Source: an uncultured Rhodanobacteraceae bacterium (GTDB taxonomy: Bacteria > Pseudomonadota > Gammaproteobacteria > Xanthomonadales > Rhodanobacteraceae). From it: a stretch of 61,612 nt of DNA. The stretch lies in the NCBI GenBank assembly GCA_964570295.1, contig CAZMXV010000001.1, positions 1 through 61,612 of the forward strand. Direction: 5' to 3'. This document shows positions 29,072-38,147 of this stretch, piece by piece (position 1 is the first letter of the stretch; every line of letters starts with the position of its first letter). The position numbers were made by a program, and so were the translations under genes. The notes below the pieces were generated by a model. That model made no database searches. It saw nothing but the letters and a program-made list of their open reading frames with translations, and was not told the DNA's origin.

Positions 29072-30361
29072 TCAGTGCGCGCTGGTCGTGGAGCGTGCCG
29101 GCGCCGCCGCCGTGCCGGCTTGCGAAGCGTGATTTTCCGGAACGTTTCCAGTGAGGCTGAATGTCACCGGTATCCGGGCCCAGCCCTCGTAGGGCACGCC
29201 GTCGCGGGTGCCGGGATTGAATCGCCAGCGGGAGGCGGCGTTGATGGCCGCCTGGTCCAGCGAAGCCGTGCCCGAGGAGCTTTCCACCTTGGTTTTCAGC
29301 GATCGGCCGTCGGTGCCGACCAGCACTTCCAGCACCACGGTTCCCTGCCGGTGGTGGGCGATGGCTTCCGCGGGGTAGCGTGGAGGGTGGTTGATGCGGA
29401 ATGTCGCATCGCTCGTGGGCGGCTGTTCCGCGCCCGGAGCGGGTGCCGGCGGGGCATCGGGGCCGGGCAGGGCGGCTCGTGCCGCCACGGCGGTGGCGGC
29501 GAGCAGCACGGCGAGGATGATGTGGCCGACGCGGCGCTGCCGGGGGCGGACTGGATGGCGCTGGATCATGGTCAGGCGCTCCTTCAGTTGCGGATGCGAC
29601 AGCCACGGACTGGTGACGGCCCTGCCGCCATGGCGCTGATGGCTGCCGAGCAAGGCGCGCGCGTACCGGCCCGCGCTGCCCGGGCGGTGCCGCAGGACCG
29701 CCGCGTCGCAGGCCAGTTCCTGGTCCAGGCGGAACCGCGACATGGCCAGCCATGCCGGGGGAAAGAACCACAGGGCCGCCAGCACCAGCTCGGCGGCCAG
29801 GCTCCACAGCGGATCGCCACGACGCAGGTGGGCAAACTCGTGCGCCAGCACCAGGGCGCGTTCGTCCGCATCGTGCCGCGCGACAAAGTCGGCCGGCAGC
29901 AGCACGCGGCAGGGCAGGCCCCAGATGGCCGCAGGCCCGGCGCGGTGCAAGCGCAGGCGCGCCATGTGCCGGGTATCCAGATGGGCGGCAAGCATCCGTG
30001 CCATGGCAGGCGGCAGCGGGCGCGACCGAAGCACGATGTGCAGGTAGCTCCATGCCAGGCGCAGCAGCAGCGTTACGCATCCGGTCAGCCATATCCGGAA
30101 CCAGAGAGGCGCGCCGTCGGCGCTTGTGGCGGAAGCAGGCGACGCCAGCAGGGTCGGGAGTGCCGGCAGAAGGCCGTCGCCGGTGGCGGCAAACGGTGAC
30201 CAGGCGGGCAGCCAGGGTACGAGGGCGAGGAGCGGAACCAGTGCCCACAGGCCGAAGGCCGGCCCGGGGCCCGCCAGGCGGCGCACCGGATGACGCGCCA
30301 GCCAGGCCAGCATCACGCCGGTGCCACCCAGCAACAGGGATTCGGCCAGCAGGTTCATCAT
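29072..30361 (-). CDS. BlaR1/MecR1-type M56 metallopeptidase fused to a TonB C-terminal domain
   Basis: LAHEFAHLRRGD (HExxH), DQELACD, LKERL; then TM, Pro-rich linker and PPRYP..A....QG.V.LEV.V..DG...SSG...LDQAA..A..RWRF.PG. Confidence 0.92.
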   Translation of the reverse strand: MMNLLAESLLLGGTGVMLAWLARHPVRRLAGPGPAFGLWALVPLLALVPWLPAWSPFAATGDGLLPALPTLLASPASATSADGAPLWFRIWLTGCVTLLLRLAWSYLHIVLRSRPLPPAMARMLAAHLDTRHMARLRLHRAGPAAIWGLPCRVLLPADFVARHDADERALVLAHEFAHLRRGDPLWSLAAELVLAALWFFPPAWLAMSRFRLDQELACDAAVLRHRPGSAGRYARALLGSHQRHGGRAVTSPWLSHPQLKERLTMIQRHPVRPRQRRVGHIILAVLLAATAVAARAALPGPDAPPAPAPGAEQPPTSDATFRINHPPRYPAEAIAHHRQGTVVLEVLVGTDGRSLKTKVESSSGTASLDQAAINAASRWRFNPGTRDGVPYEGWARIPVTFSLTGNVPENHASQAGTAAAPARSTTSAH

Positions 30362-30747
30362 GGCGTCTTCCCGTCACCGTGAGTGCGTTCGATGGCTTCC
30401 ACCAGGCGCCGCAATTCCTCGAGATCCCGCCCGGACAGCGTTTCGTGGCGGCTGAAGTGCGCCAGCATGGGGGCCAGGCGGCCGTCGAAGACGCGGTCCA
30501 GCAGGCTGCGGCTTTCCTGCGCCTGCCAGGTCTCCCGGCTGAGGCAGGGGGAGTAAAGGTAACGCCGGCCGTCGCGGCGGGCGCTTACGGCACCCTTGCG
30601 CAGCAGGCGGTTGAGCAGGGTCTTGACGGTTTTTTCGTGCCAGTCGACCTGCCCTTGCAGGGCATGGACGATGTCTTCGGCGCTTTGGGGGGCATGGCCC
30701 CAGAGAATCTGCATGACCCGGCTTTCGGCATCGCTGATGGAGGGCAT
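30358..30747 (-). CDS. BlaI/MecI/CopY-family transcriptional repressor
   Basis: ISDAE..VM..LW, TVKTLLNRL..KG, GRRYLY.P, LLDRVFDG; 4-bp overlap with the M56 gene. Confidence 0.94.
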   Translation of the reverse strand: MPSISDAESRVMQILWGHAPQSAEDIVHALQGQVDWHEKTVKTLLNRLLRKGAVSARRDGRRYLYSPCLSRETWQAQESRSLLDRVFDGRLAPMLAHFSRHETLSGRDLEELRRLVEAIERTHGDGKTP

Positions 30748-30750
30748 GGA

Positions 30751-30806
30751 ATTACATCCGTAATCGACACGGATAAAGAATTACGCACGTAATCTATCGT
30801 TGTCAA
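30751..30806 (-). promoter_or_regulatory. Two BlaI-type palindromic operators plus a TTGACA -35 element
   Basis: ATTAC-ATCC-GTAAT (30751-30764) and ATTAC-GCAC-GTAAT (30780-30793); TTGACA on the minus strand at 30806-30801. Confidence 0.82.
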
Positions 30807-30857
30807 GCCGCGGTGGTTGCCATCGGGCGGGGTGCGCGCCGGCCGGGCCGGGGCGGG

Positions 30858-31148
30858 TCAGGTGGAACTGCCGACCAGCGTCAGCTTTGGACGTGACGGG
30901 GCAGGCGGCGCTACCCGACTGGCCTGGTCCAGTTCGGTTTCGAAGCGGGCGGCGCGCTGCCGTGCCGCCTGCATCAGCGTTTCCGGCAACGGGCCGTCGC
31001 GGAGCAGCTGCATGGCCAATTCCCGCTGGCGCGCGTCGAAGCGCGGGTCGCTGCAGGCTTCGTCGATGACACAGGCCAGCACGCCCAGCCAGCCCGAATC
31101 GGGGGAACGCAGGGCAAGCATGATTTCCGGTGATGTGGACTGTTTCAT
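30858..31148 (-). CDS. Hypothetical protein (96 aa)
   Basis: MKQSTSPEIMLALRSP...RPKLTLVGSST; plausible codon bias; sigma54 motif just upstream. Confidence 0.72.
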   Translation of the reverse strand: MKQSTSPEIMLALRSPDSGWLGVLACVIDEACSDPRFDARQRELAMQLLRDGPLPETLMQAARQRAARFETELDQASRVAPPAPSRPKLTLVGSST

Positions 31149-31182
31149 GAGCGTGGCCGTGGTGGGGTGGCCCGGGAGATGA

Positions 31183-31198
31183 AGCAGGATCGGTGCCA
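31183..31198 (-). promoter_or_regulatory. Sigma54 -24/-12 promoter for the 96-aa hypothetical gene
   Basis: Minus strand TGGCACCGATCCTGCT (GG-N10-GC), 35 bp upstream of ATG 31148. Confidence 0.7.
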
Positions 31199-31305
31199 TT
31201 TGCAATGCAGACAGGTATTGCCTACGGTGGAAGAACCCGTCGTGCCCCATGTCCCGCCGGGCCGCAGGTGCCCGACGCGGCAAATCACGCCTGCCGGGAG
31301 GTGCC

Positions 31306-32079
31306 ATGAGATCCCATCGCTACCGCATTCGCTTTCCCAGCGACAACCTGTCCGGCGTCGCCCAGAACCGGGCATGGTTCCACATCGTCGAGGATGGCCG
31401 CGAAGAGCGCATCGAGTTCCACGACTACGCGGCCATCTACCGGCATCCGGGGTTGTACGAGCAGCTTTTCTACGACCGCCTGAAATGCGACTCGCCGCGC
31501 AAGCTGACCACGCTTCTGCGCGACGTGGTATTCGGCAGTGGCGGCGATCCGACCCGGCTCAGGGTGCTGGATGTCGGTGCGGGCAACGGCATGGTGGGCG
31601 AACTGCTGGTGGGGCAGGGCGTGGCGCGCGTGGTGGGCATCGACATTATCCCGGAGGCCGGCGAAGCCTGCTGGCGGGACCGCCCCGGCTCCTACGACGC
31701 CTATTACGTGGCCGACCTGACCCGGCTGGACCCGGAGCGGGAGGCCGATCTGCGCGACTGGCACTTCGACGCCATGACCATGGTGGCGGCCCTGGGCTTC
31801 GGCGACATTCCGGTGCCGGCGTTCGCCGCGGCCTGGAACCTGGTGTCCGAGGATGCGTGGGTGGCCTTCAACGTCAAGGAAAGCTTTCTCGACAGCACCG
31901 ATACCAGCGGTTTCTCGCGCCTGATCAAGCACCTCATCCATCACGATTACCTGAAACTGCATCACCTGGACCGCTATCGGCACCGCCTGTCCATCGAGGG
32001 CCAGCAACTGCATTACTACGCCGTGGTCGGTCGCAAGCGGCGTGCCATCGACGATGCCTGCCTCGCCGGCCTGCGCTGA
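31306..32079 (+). CDS. Class I SAM-dependent methyltransferase with an extra N-terminal domain
   Basis: VLDVGAGNG, VGIDI, ALGFGDIP; GGGAGG RBS before ATG 31306. Confidence 0.88.
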   Translation: MRSHRYRIRFPSDNLSGVAQNRAWFHIVEDGREERIEFHDYAAIYRHPGLYEQLFYDRLKCDSPRKLTTLLRDVVFGSGGDPTRLRVLDVGAGNGMVGELLVGQGVARVVGIDIIPEAGEACWRDRPGSYDAYYVADLTRLDPEREADLRDWHFDAMTMVAALGFGDIPVPAFAAAWNLVSEDAWVAFNVKESFLDSTDTSGFSRLIKHLIHHDYLKLHHLDRYRHRLSIEGQQLHYYAVVGRKRRAIDDACLAGLR

Positions 32080-32824
32080 AGCGGCTTTCGCCCTGGAAGG
32101 CGTGACCCGCGCCTGGGGCGACGTGCGGGCGCTGGACGATGTCAGCCTGTGCTTTGCACGTGGGCGCACCACGGCCCTGATCGGCAGCAGCGGCTCGGGC
32201 AAATCCACCCTGCTGCGCCTGCTGCTGGGCCTGGAATGGCCGGACCGCGGTACGGTGCGGCGCGATGGCGAACCACTTGCGCGCACGCGCATCCTGGCCT
32301 TGCGGCGCACATGCGGCTACGTGATCCAGGAGGGCGGCCTGTTTCCGCATCTGACGGTACACGGCAACCTGGCCCTGCTGCCGCGCCATCTCGGCTGGAA
32401 GCCCGCGCGCATCCGCGAACGCATGCACGAACTGGCGCGGATGGTGCATCTGGAAGCGGCCCTGCTGGAGCGCTTCCCGGCCGAGCTTTCCGGCGGCCAG
32501 CGTCAACGCGTGGCGCTGATGCGCGCATTGATGCCCGACCCCGACACGCTGCTGCTGGACGAGCCGCTGGGGGCGCTCGACCGCCTGGTGCGGCACGATC
32601 TGCAGGACGAGCTGCACGCCGTTTTCCGGCGCCTGGAAAAGACCGTGATCCTGGTTACCCACGATCTGGCCGAGGCGGCCTTCTTCAGCCGGCGCCTGGT
32701 ACTGATGCACGAGGGCCGGGTGGTGCAGGACGGCAGCCTGGATGATTTCCGCCGTGCGCCGGCGGATGCCTTCGTGCACCGCTTCCTGGCCGCGCGGCGC
32801 CCGCTTCCGGGAGCCGGCGCATGA
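32054..32824 (+). CDS. ABC ATP-binding subunit (osmoprotectant/OpuA-like, no CBS domains)
   Basis: GSSGSGKST, GYVIQEGGLFPH, ELSGGQRQRV, LLLDEP; start uncertain (32042 or 32054). Confidence 0.92.
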   Translation: MPASPACAEAAFALEGVTRAWGDVRALDDVSLCFARGRTTALIGSSGSGKSTLLRLLLGLEWPDRGTVRRDGEPLARTRILALRRTCGYVIQEGGLFPHLTVHGNLALLPRHLGWKPARIRERMHELARMVHLEAALLERFPAELSGGQRQRVALMRALMPDPDTLLLDEPLGALDRLVRHDLQDELHAVFRRLEKTVILVTHDLAEAAFFSRRLVLMHEGRVVQDGSLDDFRRAPADAFVHRFLAARRPLPGAGA

Positions 32825-34311
32825 GGGCCTTCCTGTCGACCTGCCTGGTCCTGCTGCTGGCCTGGCCTTCGGCATCGGCCACAGCGGGGCCGTCCGGCGT
32901 GGTCATCGGCTCGAAGAACTTCACCGAGTCGGTGGTGCTGGGCGAAGTGGCGCGCCTGCAGGCCCGTGCGGCCGGGGTCGACGCGCGCCACCAGCGCGAC
33001 ATGGGCGGTACCCGCATCCTCTGGCGCGCGCTGCGCGGGGGCGACATCGACGCGTATGCCGAATACACCGGCACCCTCACCCACGAGCTGCTGCCGGACA
33101 TGCCGCCCGACGCCGGTATCGGCGCGTTGCGCCGCAGGCTGCGCAGGCTGGGCATCGGCATCACCGATCCGCTGGGTTTCAACAACACCTATGCCCTGGG
33201 CATGCGCGAGGATCGGGCCCGGCAACGGGGCATCCGCGACATCGGCGATCTGGCCGCTCATCCGGACCTGAAGCTGGCCTTCTCCAACGAGTTCATGCAG
33301 CGCGGCGACGGCTGGCCGGGGCTGAAGCAGGCCTACCACCTGCCGATGACGGCGCGGGGCATGGACCATGCGCTGGCCTACCGGGCGCTGGCGGCGGGTG
33401 CCATCGACGTTACCGACCTGTATGCCACCGATGCCGAGATCGCCTATTACCACCTGCGCGTGCTGGATGACGGGCGCCACTACTTCCCGCGCTACGACGC
33501 GGTGTACCTGTACCGTCTGGACCTGGTCCGGCGTGCACCGGCCTTCGTCACCGCGCTGGAAGGCCTGGCCGGAGGCATCGATGCCGATGCCATGCGCGGC
33601 ATGAACAAGGCGGTGAAGATCGACGGCGACAGCGCGACCCGCGCGGCGGCCGCCTTCCTGGGCGTGGATGCCCCCGCCACGGGCAGCCGTTTCGGAGCGC
33701 GCCTGTGGCATCACACCCTGCAGCACCTGGCGCTGACCGGCATCTCGCTGGCGCTGGCCATCGTGCTGGCCGTGCCGCTGGGCATTCTGGCCGCGCGCCG
33801 GCGGCGTCTGGGCCAGGCGGTGCTGGGTTTGACCGGCATCCTGCAGACGGTGCCGTCGCTGGCCCTGTTCGTGTTCATGATCCCGCTGTTCGGCATCGGT
33901 GCCGAGCCGGCCATCGCGGCGCTGTTCCTGTACAGCCTGCTGCCGATCGTGCGCAATACGCATGCGGGGCTGGCCGGCATCGAGCCGTCGCTGCTGGAGT
34001 CGGCGGCGGCACTGGGCCTGCCGCGCCGGACCCGCCTGTGGCGGGTGGAACTGCCGCTGGCCCTGCGGTCGATCCTGGCCGGCGTGAAGATCGCCGCGGT
34101 CATCAACGTCGGCACGGCCACGCTGGGTGCCTTGATCGGAGCCGGCGGCTACGGCCAGCCCATCCTCACCGGCATCCGCCTGGACGACATCGGCCTGATC
34201 CTGCAGGGAGCGGTGCCCGCGGCGCTTCTGGCCCTGCTGGTGCAGGGTATTTTCGAACTGGTCGAGCGCCTGCTGACACCGCGCGGACTGCGCCTGCGGG
34301 CAAGGGTGTGA
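32821..34311 (+). CDS. Fused substrate-binding protein and permease of a glycine-betaine/OsmF-type ABC importer
   Basis: Signal peptide, IGSKNFTE, EYTGT, LGFNNTY, YFPRY; then QTVPSLAL, EAA-loop-like ESAAALG, ATLGALIGAGGYG. Confidence 0.92.
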   Translation: MRAFLSTCLVLLLAWPSASATAGPSGVVIGSKNFTESVVLGEVARLQARAAGVDARHQRDMGGTRILWRALRGGDIDAYAEYTGTLTHELLPDMPPDAGIGALRRRLRRLGIGITDPLGFNNTYALGMREDRARQRGIRDIGDLAAHPDLKLAFSNEFMQRGDGWPGLKQAYHLPMTARGMDHALAYRALAAGAIDVTDLYATDAEIAYYHLRVLDDGRHYFPRYDAVYLYRLDLVRRAPAFVTALEGLAGGIDADAMRGMNKAVKIDGDSATRAAAAFLGVDAPATGSRFGARLWHHTLQHLALTGISLALAIVLAVPLGILAARRRRLGQAVLGLTGILQTVPSLALFVFMIPLFGIGAEPAIAALFLYSLLPIVRNTHAGLAGIEPSLLESAAALGLPRRTRLWRVELPLALRSILAGVKIAAVINVGTATLGALIGAGGYGQPILTGIRLDDIGLILQGAVPAALLALLVQGIFELVERLLTPRGLRLRARV

Positions 34312-34342
34312 TGGAACCGGGCGGGCGATCTAGAATGGGCGA

Positions 34343-35599
34343 ATGAACACTTCCCATAGCGATGTGCTGATACTCGGCGGTGGCGTCATCGGCCTTTCCT
34401 GCGCGCTGTACCTGCTCAAGGCCGGTGCCGGCGTGCGCGTGCTGGAGCAGGGCAAGGTCGGCGCGGGCAGCTCGCACGGCAACTGCGGCACGCTTACCCC
34501 CAGTCATGCCGAGCCGCTGTGCGCGCCCGGCATGGTGGGCAAGGCGCTGCACTGGATGCTGAAGCGCGACGCGCCGCTGTATGTCAATCCGCGTCCCAGC
34601 CTGGGGCGCCTGCGCTGGCTGCTGGGTTTTGCCCGCCACTGCAACTGGCGCGACTACGCGCATGCCAGCCAGGCGCGCGCGGCCATCCTGCTGCGCTCGC
34701 GCCAGCTGACCGAGGAACTGGTGCACGCGGAAGGGCTGGCATGCGAGTTCGCCGCGCAGGGGGCCCTCAACGTGTTTCGCAGCCAGGCGGCGCTGGACGC
34801 CGAGCAACGCCATGTCGAGCGTCTGCGCGAACTGGATGTGCCGGTGGCGTGGAAGAGCGCCGATGAAGTGCTGGCGATGGAGCCGGCGCTGCGCGAGGAC
34901 ATCGTCGGCGGCATCCACTATCCCGGCGATGCGCGCCTGCGCCCGGACCGCTACGTGGACGAACTGGCGCGGCGCGTGCGCGAACTGGGCGGCATCATCG
35001 AGGAGGACACGCGCGCGGAGCGCTTCGCCACGGCGCAGGGCGCCATCGGCAAGGTGCGCACCAGCCGTGGCGATTTCACCGGCGAGCGCGTGGTGCTGGC
35101 CCTGGGGGCCTGGTCGCCGCGCCTGGGCGCGAAGCTGGGCCTGCACCTGCCGATGCAGCCCGGCAAGGGCTATTCCATCACCTACCGCCGTCCGCGGGTC
35201 TGCCCGCGCATCCCGTTGACGCTGAACGAAGTGTCGGTGTGCGTGACCAACTGGGATTCGGGGTTCCGCCTCGGCAGCACCATGGAGTTTTCCGGCTACG
35301 ACCGGCGTCTCAACAAGGCGCGTCTGGCCGCGCTGGAGCGTGGCGCGGCGCTGTACCTGCGGGAGCCGACGGGCCCGGCGGTGGAGGAGCGCTGGTGGGG
35401 CTGGCGACCCATGAGCGTGGACGAGATGCCCATCATCGGTCCCAGCGCGCGCTGGTCCAACCTGATGCTGGCCACCGGCCACGGCATGATGGGCATGAGC
35501 ATGTCCGCCGCCACCGGGGAACTGGTGGCCTCGCTGTGTCTGGGGCCGGCGCCGGTGCTCGATCCCTCGCCCTACGCGCCCTCGCGCTTCCGCCTGTAG
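34343..35599 (+). CDS. FAD-dependent D-amino acid dehydrogenase/oxidase (DadA-like)
   Basis: GGGVIG, GSSHGNCG, PGKGYS, W.GWRP..D..PIIG, ATGHG..G. Confidence 0.88.
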   Translation: MNTSHSDVLILGGGVIGLSCALYLLKAGAGVRVLEQGKVGAGSSHGNCGTLTPSHAEPLCAPGMVGKALHWMLKRDAPLYVNPRPSLGRLRWLLGFARHCNWRDYAHASQARAAILLRSRQLTEELVHAEGLACEFAAQGALNVFRSQAALDAEQRHVERLRELDVPVAWKSADEVLAMEPALREDIVGGIHYPGDARLRPDRYVDELARRVRELGGIIEEDTRAERFATAQGAIGKVRTSRGDFTGERVVLALGAWSPRLGAKLGLHLPMQPGKGYSITYRRPRVCPRIPLTLNEVSVCVTNWDSGFRLGSTMEFSGYDRRLNKARLAALERGAALYLREPTGPAVEERWWGWRPMSVDEMPIIGPSARWSNLMLATGHGMMGMSMSAATGELVASLCLGPAPVLDPSPYAPSRFRL

Positions 35600-35673
35600 G
35601 GAGCGCCGGAAAGCCGGCCTTTCCGCCCGCTTGGCGGTATAGTGGCCGCCCCATCCACGGACGTATTCATGCC

Positions 35674-35865
35674 ATGCGCCTGCTGCTCGCCCTGCTTCTG
35701 CCCTGGCTCCAGTTCTTCACCATCGGCCGCCCCGTGGCCGGCATCATTTGCCTGATCCTGCAATTGACGATCCTGGGCTGGGTGCCGGCGGCGATCTGGT
35801 CGGTGTACGCGCTCAGCCAGTACAAGACCGACCAGAAAATCCGCGAAGCCACGCGTAGCCGCTGA
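35674..35865 (+). CDS. YqaE/Pmp3-family small membrane protein
   Basis: 63 aa, LLLALLLPW...LILQLTILGWVPAAIWSVY. Confidence 0.85.
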   Translation: MRLLLALLLPWLQFFTIGRPVAGIICLILQLTILGWVPAAIWSVYALSQYKTDQKIREATRSR

Positions 35866-35910
35866 CCTCCCGCGGTATGGTGGAGTTCCCGCATCCCCGG
35901 AGCCCCGAGC

Positions 35911-37254
35911 ATGTCGCATACCCATGACCTGATCGTCCTCGGCGCCGGTTCGGGTGGCCTGGCCACCGCGTTCCGTGCCGCTTCCCATGGCGCCCGCGTG
36001 GCCCTCCTGGAGCCGCGCGAACTGGGCGGCACCTGCGTCAACGTCGGCTGTGTGCCCAAGAAGGCCATGTGGTACGCCGCGCAGATGGCCGAAGCGCAGG
36101 AACTGGCGCACGATTATGGTTTCGGCCTCGCGCCCGGGCGCCTGGACTGGGAGGTCTTCGTGGCCCGCCGCCAGCGTTACATCGAGGGCATCCATGCCAG
36201 CTACCGCAAGCGCATCGAGGCGTCGGGCGTCGAGCTGATTGCCGCGAAAGGATGCATCACGGCGTCGCAGACGGTGCAGGCATCGGAGCGCATGCTGAAG
36301 GCGCCGCATATCGTGCTGGCCACCGGCGCCCGTCCGCGCCGGCTGTCCGTGCCGGGTTTCGATCTCGGTATCGATTCCGACGGCTTTTTCGACCTGCGTG
36401 CCTGCCCGGGCCGGGTGGCTGTCGTCGGTGGCGGCTACATCGCCGCGGAACTGGGCGGCGTGCTGCAGGCACTGGGCGCCGAGGTGGACATCATGGCGCG
36501 CCACCGGCTGATGTCGGGCTTCGACGACGACATGTCCGACGCCCTGGGGGAGTGGATGCGCGCCGAGGGCATCGGCGTGCATTACCGCTGCAACGTGCAG
36601 GGAGTGCGTCGCGAGGACGACGGCCTGCACCTGTCCTGCGACAGCGCGGTGGGGAAGGGCGCCTACGACCTGGTGCTGTGGGCGGTCGGACGCGTGCCCA
36701 ACAGCGGGGACATCGGTCTGGAGACGGTGGGCGTGGAGTGCGACGAGAAAGGCCACGTCGTCACCGACGCTTTCCAGAACACCACGGTACCGGGCATTCA
36801 CGCCATCGGCGACGTGACCGCCCGCAAAGCCCTGACGCCGGTGGCCGTCGCGGCCGGGCGGCGCCTGGCCGACCGCCTGTTCGGTGGCGAGGAGGAGGCC
36901 CGCCTGGACTACAAGGATGTTCCCAGCGTGGTGTTCTCGCATCCGCCGCTGGCCAGCGTCGGCCTGGGCGAGGCCGCGGCCCGAGCCCAGGCCGGCGACA
37001 ACGTGCGCTGCTACCGGACCCGTTTCACGCCCATGCAGATGGCGCTCTCCGAGCGTCCGCACAAGGCGCTGATGAAGCTGGTATGCGAGGGCAGGGACGA
37101 GCGCGTGGTTGGCGTGCATGTTCTCGGACCCGGCGCCGACGAGATGATCCAGGGCTTTGCCGTGGCCGTGAAAATGGGCGCGCGCAAGGCGGATTTCGAC
37201 GCCACCGTGGCGGTACATCCGACTTCGGCCGAGGAACTGGTGCTGATGTCCTGA
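35911..37254 (+). CDS. gor: Glutathione-disulfide reductase
   Basis: GGTCVNVGCVPKK, GGGYIA.E, LTPVA, HPTSAEE. Confidence 0.95.
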   Translation: MSHTHDLIVLGAGSGGLATAFRAASHGARVALLEPRELGGTCVNVGCVPKKAMWYAAQMAEAQELAHDYGFGLAPGRLDWEVFVARRQRYIEGIHASYRKRIEASGVELIAAKGCITASQTVQASERMLKAPHIVLATGARPRRLSVPGFDLGIDSDGFFDLRACPGRVAVVGGGYIAAELGGVLQALGAEVDIMARHRLMSGFDDDMSDALGEWMRAEGIGVHYRCNVQGVRREDDGLHLSCDSAVGKGAYDLVLWAVGRVPNSGDIGLETVGVECDEKGHVVTDAFQNTTVPGIHAIGDVTARKALTPVAVAAGRRLADRLFGGEEEARLDYKDVPSVVFSHPPLASVGLGEAAARAQAGDNVRCYRTRFTPMQMALSERPHKALMKLVCEGRDERVVGVHVLGPGADEMIQGFAVAVKMGARKADFDATVAVHPTSAEELVLMS

Positions 37255-37285
37255 GCTGCCGTGCCGGCCGCGCTACACTGCGGGC

Positions 37286-38068
37286 ATGGACATCTTCACG
37301 CTCGAACGCGGCAGCGCCCCGCTGCTGGTCAGCCTGCCGCATGACGGCAGCGCCATTCCCGACGACATCGCCGCGCGCATGCATCCGCGCGCGCGCCGCT
37401 CGCCGGATACCGACTGGCATGTCGGCACGCTGTACGCCTTTGCGCGGGAGCTGGGCGCCAGCATCCTGCGTCCGGCCCATTCACGCTATGTGGTCGATCT
37501 CAACCGGCCGCCGGACGGCCATGCCCTGTACCCCGGCCAGCGCGGCACGGGGCTGGTGCCGGAAGTGATGTTCGACGACCACCCCATCTACCTGGAAGGC
37601 GAGGCGCCCACGGCCGGCGAGGTGGCCGCGCGCGTGGACACGTACTGGCGCCCCTACCACCAGGCACTGGAGACGGAGCTGGAGCGCCTGCGCGGCGAGC
37701 ACGGGCGTGCGGTGCTGTGGGAGGGGCATTCCATCCGCTCCGTGGTGCCGATGCTGTTCGACGGGCGATTGCCGGACTTCAACCTCGGTACCGCCGCCGG
37801 CGCCAGTTGTCGGGCATCCCTGCGGCGCGCCCTGGGCGAGGTGCTGGCCGCCCAGGACGGCTACTCGCATGTGCTCGACGGGCGCTTCAAGGGTGGCTAT
37901 ATTACCCGCCACTACGGCCGGCCCGCCGCCGGCATCGACGCCGTGCAGCTGGAACTGGCGCAGGCCAACTACATGGACGAGGAAAGTTTCGCGTACCAGC
38001 CCGGACGCGCGGTTCCGGTGCAAGCCCTGGTCCGGCGTCTGCTGGAAACCTGTCTCGCGGCGGCGTGA
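37286..38068 (+). CDS. hutG: N-formylglutamate deformylase
   Basis: PLLVSLPH.G, DTDWH, SRYVVDLNR, YWRPYH, HSIRS, GRFKGGYITRHYG, QLELAQ. Confidence 0.92.
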   Translation: MDIFTLERGSAPLLVSLPHDGSAIPDDIAARMHPRARRSPDTDWHVGTLYAFARELGASILRPAHSRYVVDLNRPPDGHALYPGQRGTGLVPEVMFDDHPIYLEGEAPTAGEVAARVDTYWRPYHQALETELERLRGEHGRAVLWEGHSIRSVVPMLFDGRLPDFNLGTAAGASCRASLRRALGEVLAAQDGYSHVLDGRFKGGYITRHYGRPAAGIDAVQLELAQANYMDEESFAYQPGRAVPVQALVRRLLETCLAAA

Positions 38069-38147
38069 TGCCGGCCGTGCCGTGCCTCTCCCGGAGGCGG
38101 ACGGGACCGCGGGCTTCCGGAATCAGGACAAACCGGGTGCCGGCCGC

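Noticed and set aside
28476-30377. 633-aa ORF suggesting a large fusion or frameshift with the M56 gene
   Set aside because: The first 450 or so codons are an off-frame, Pro/Ala/Arg-rich overlap of the M56 gene; only the last 177 or so codons form a real lipoprotein with its own lipobox
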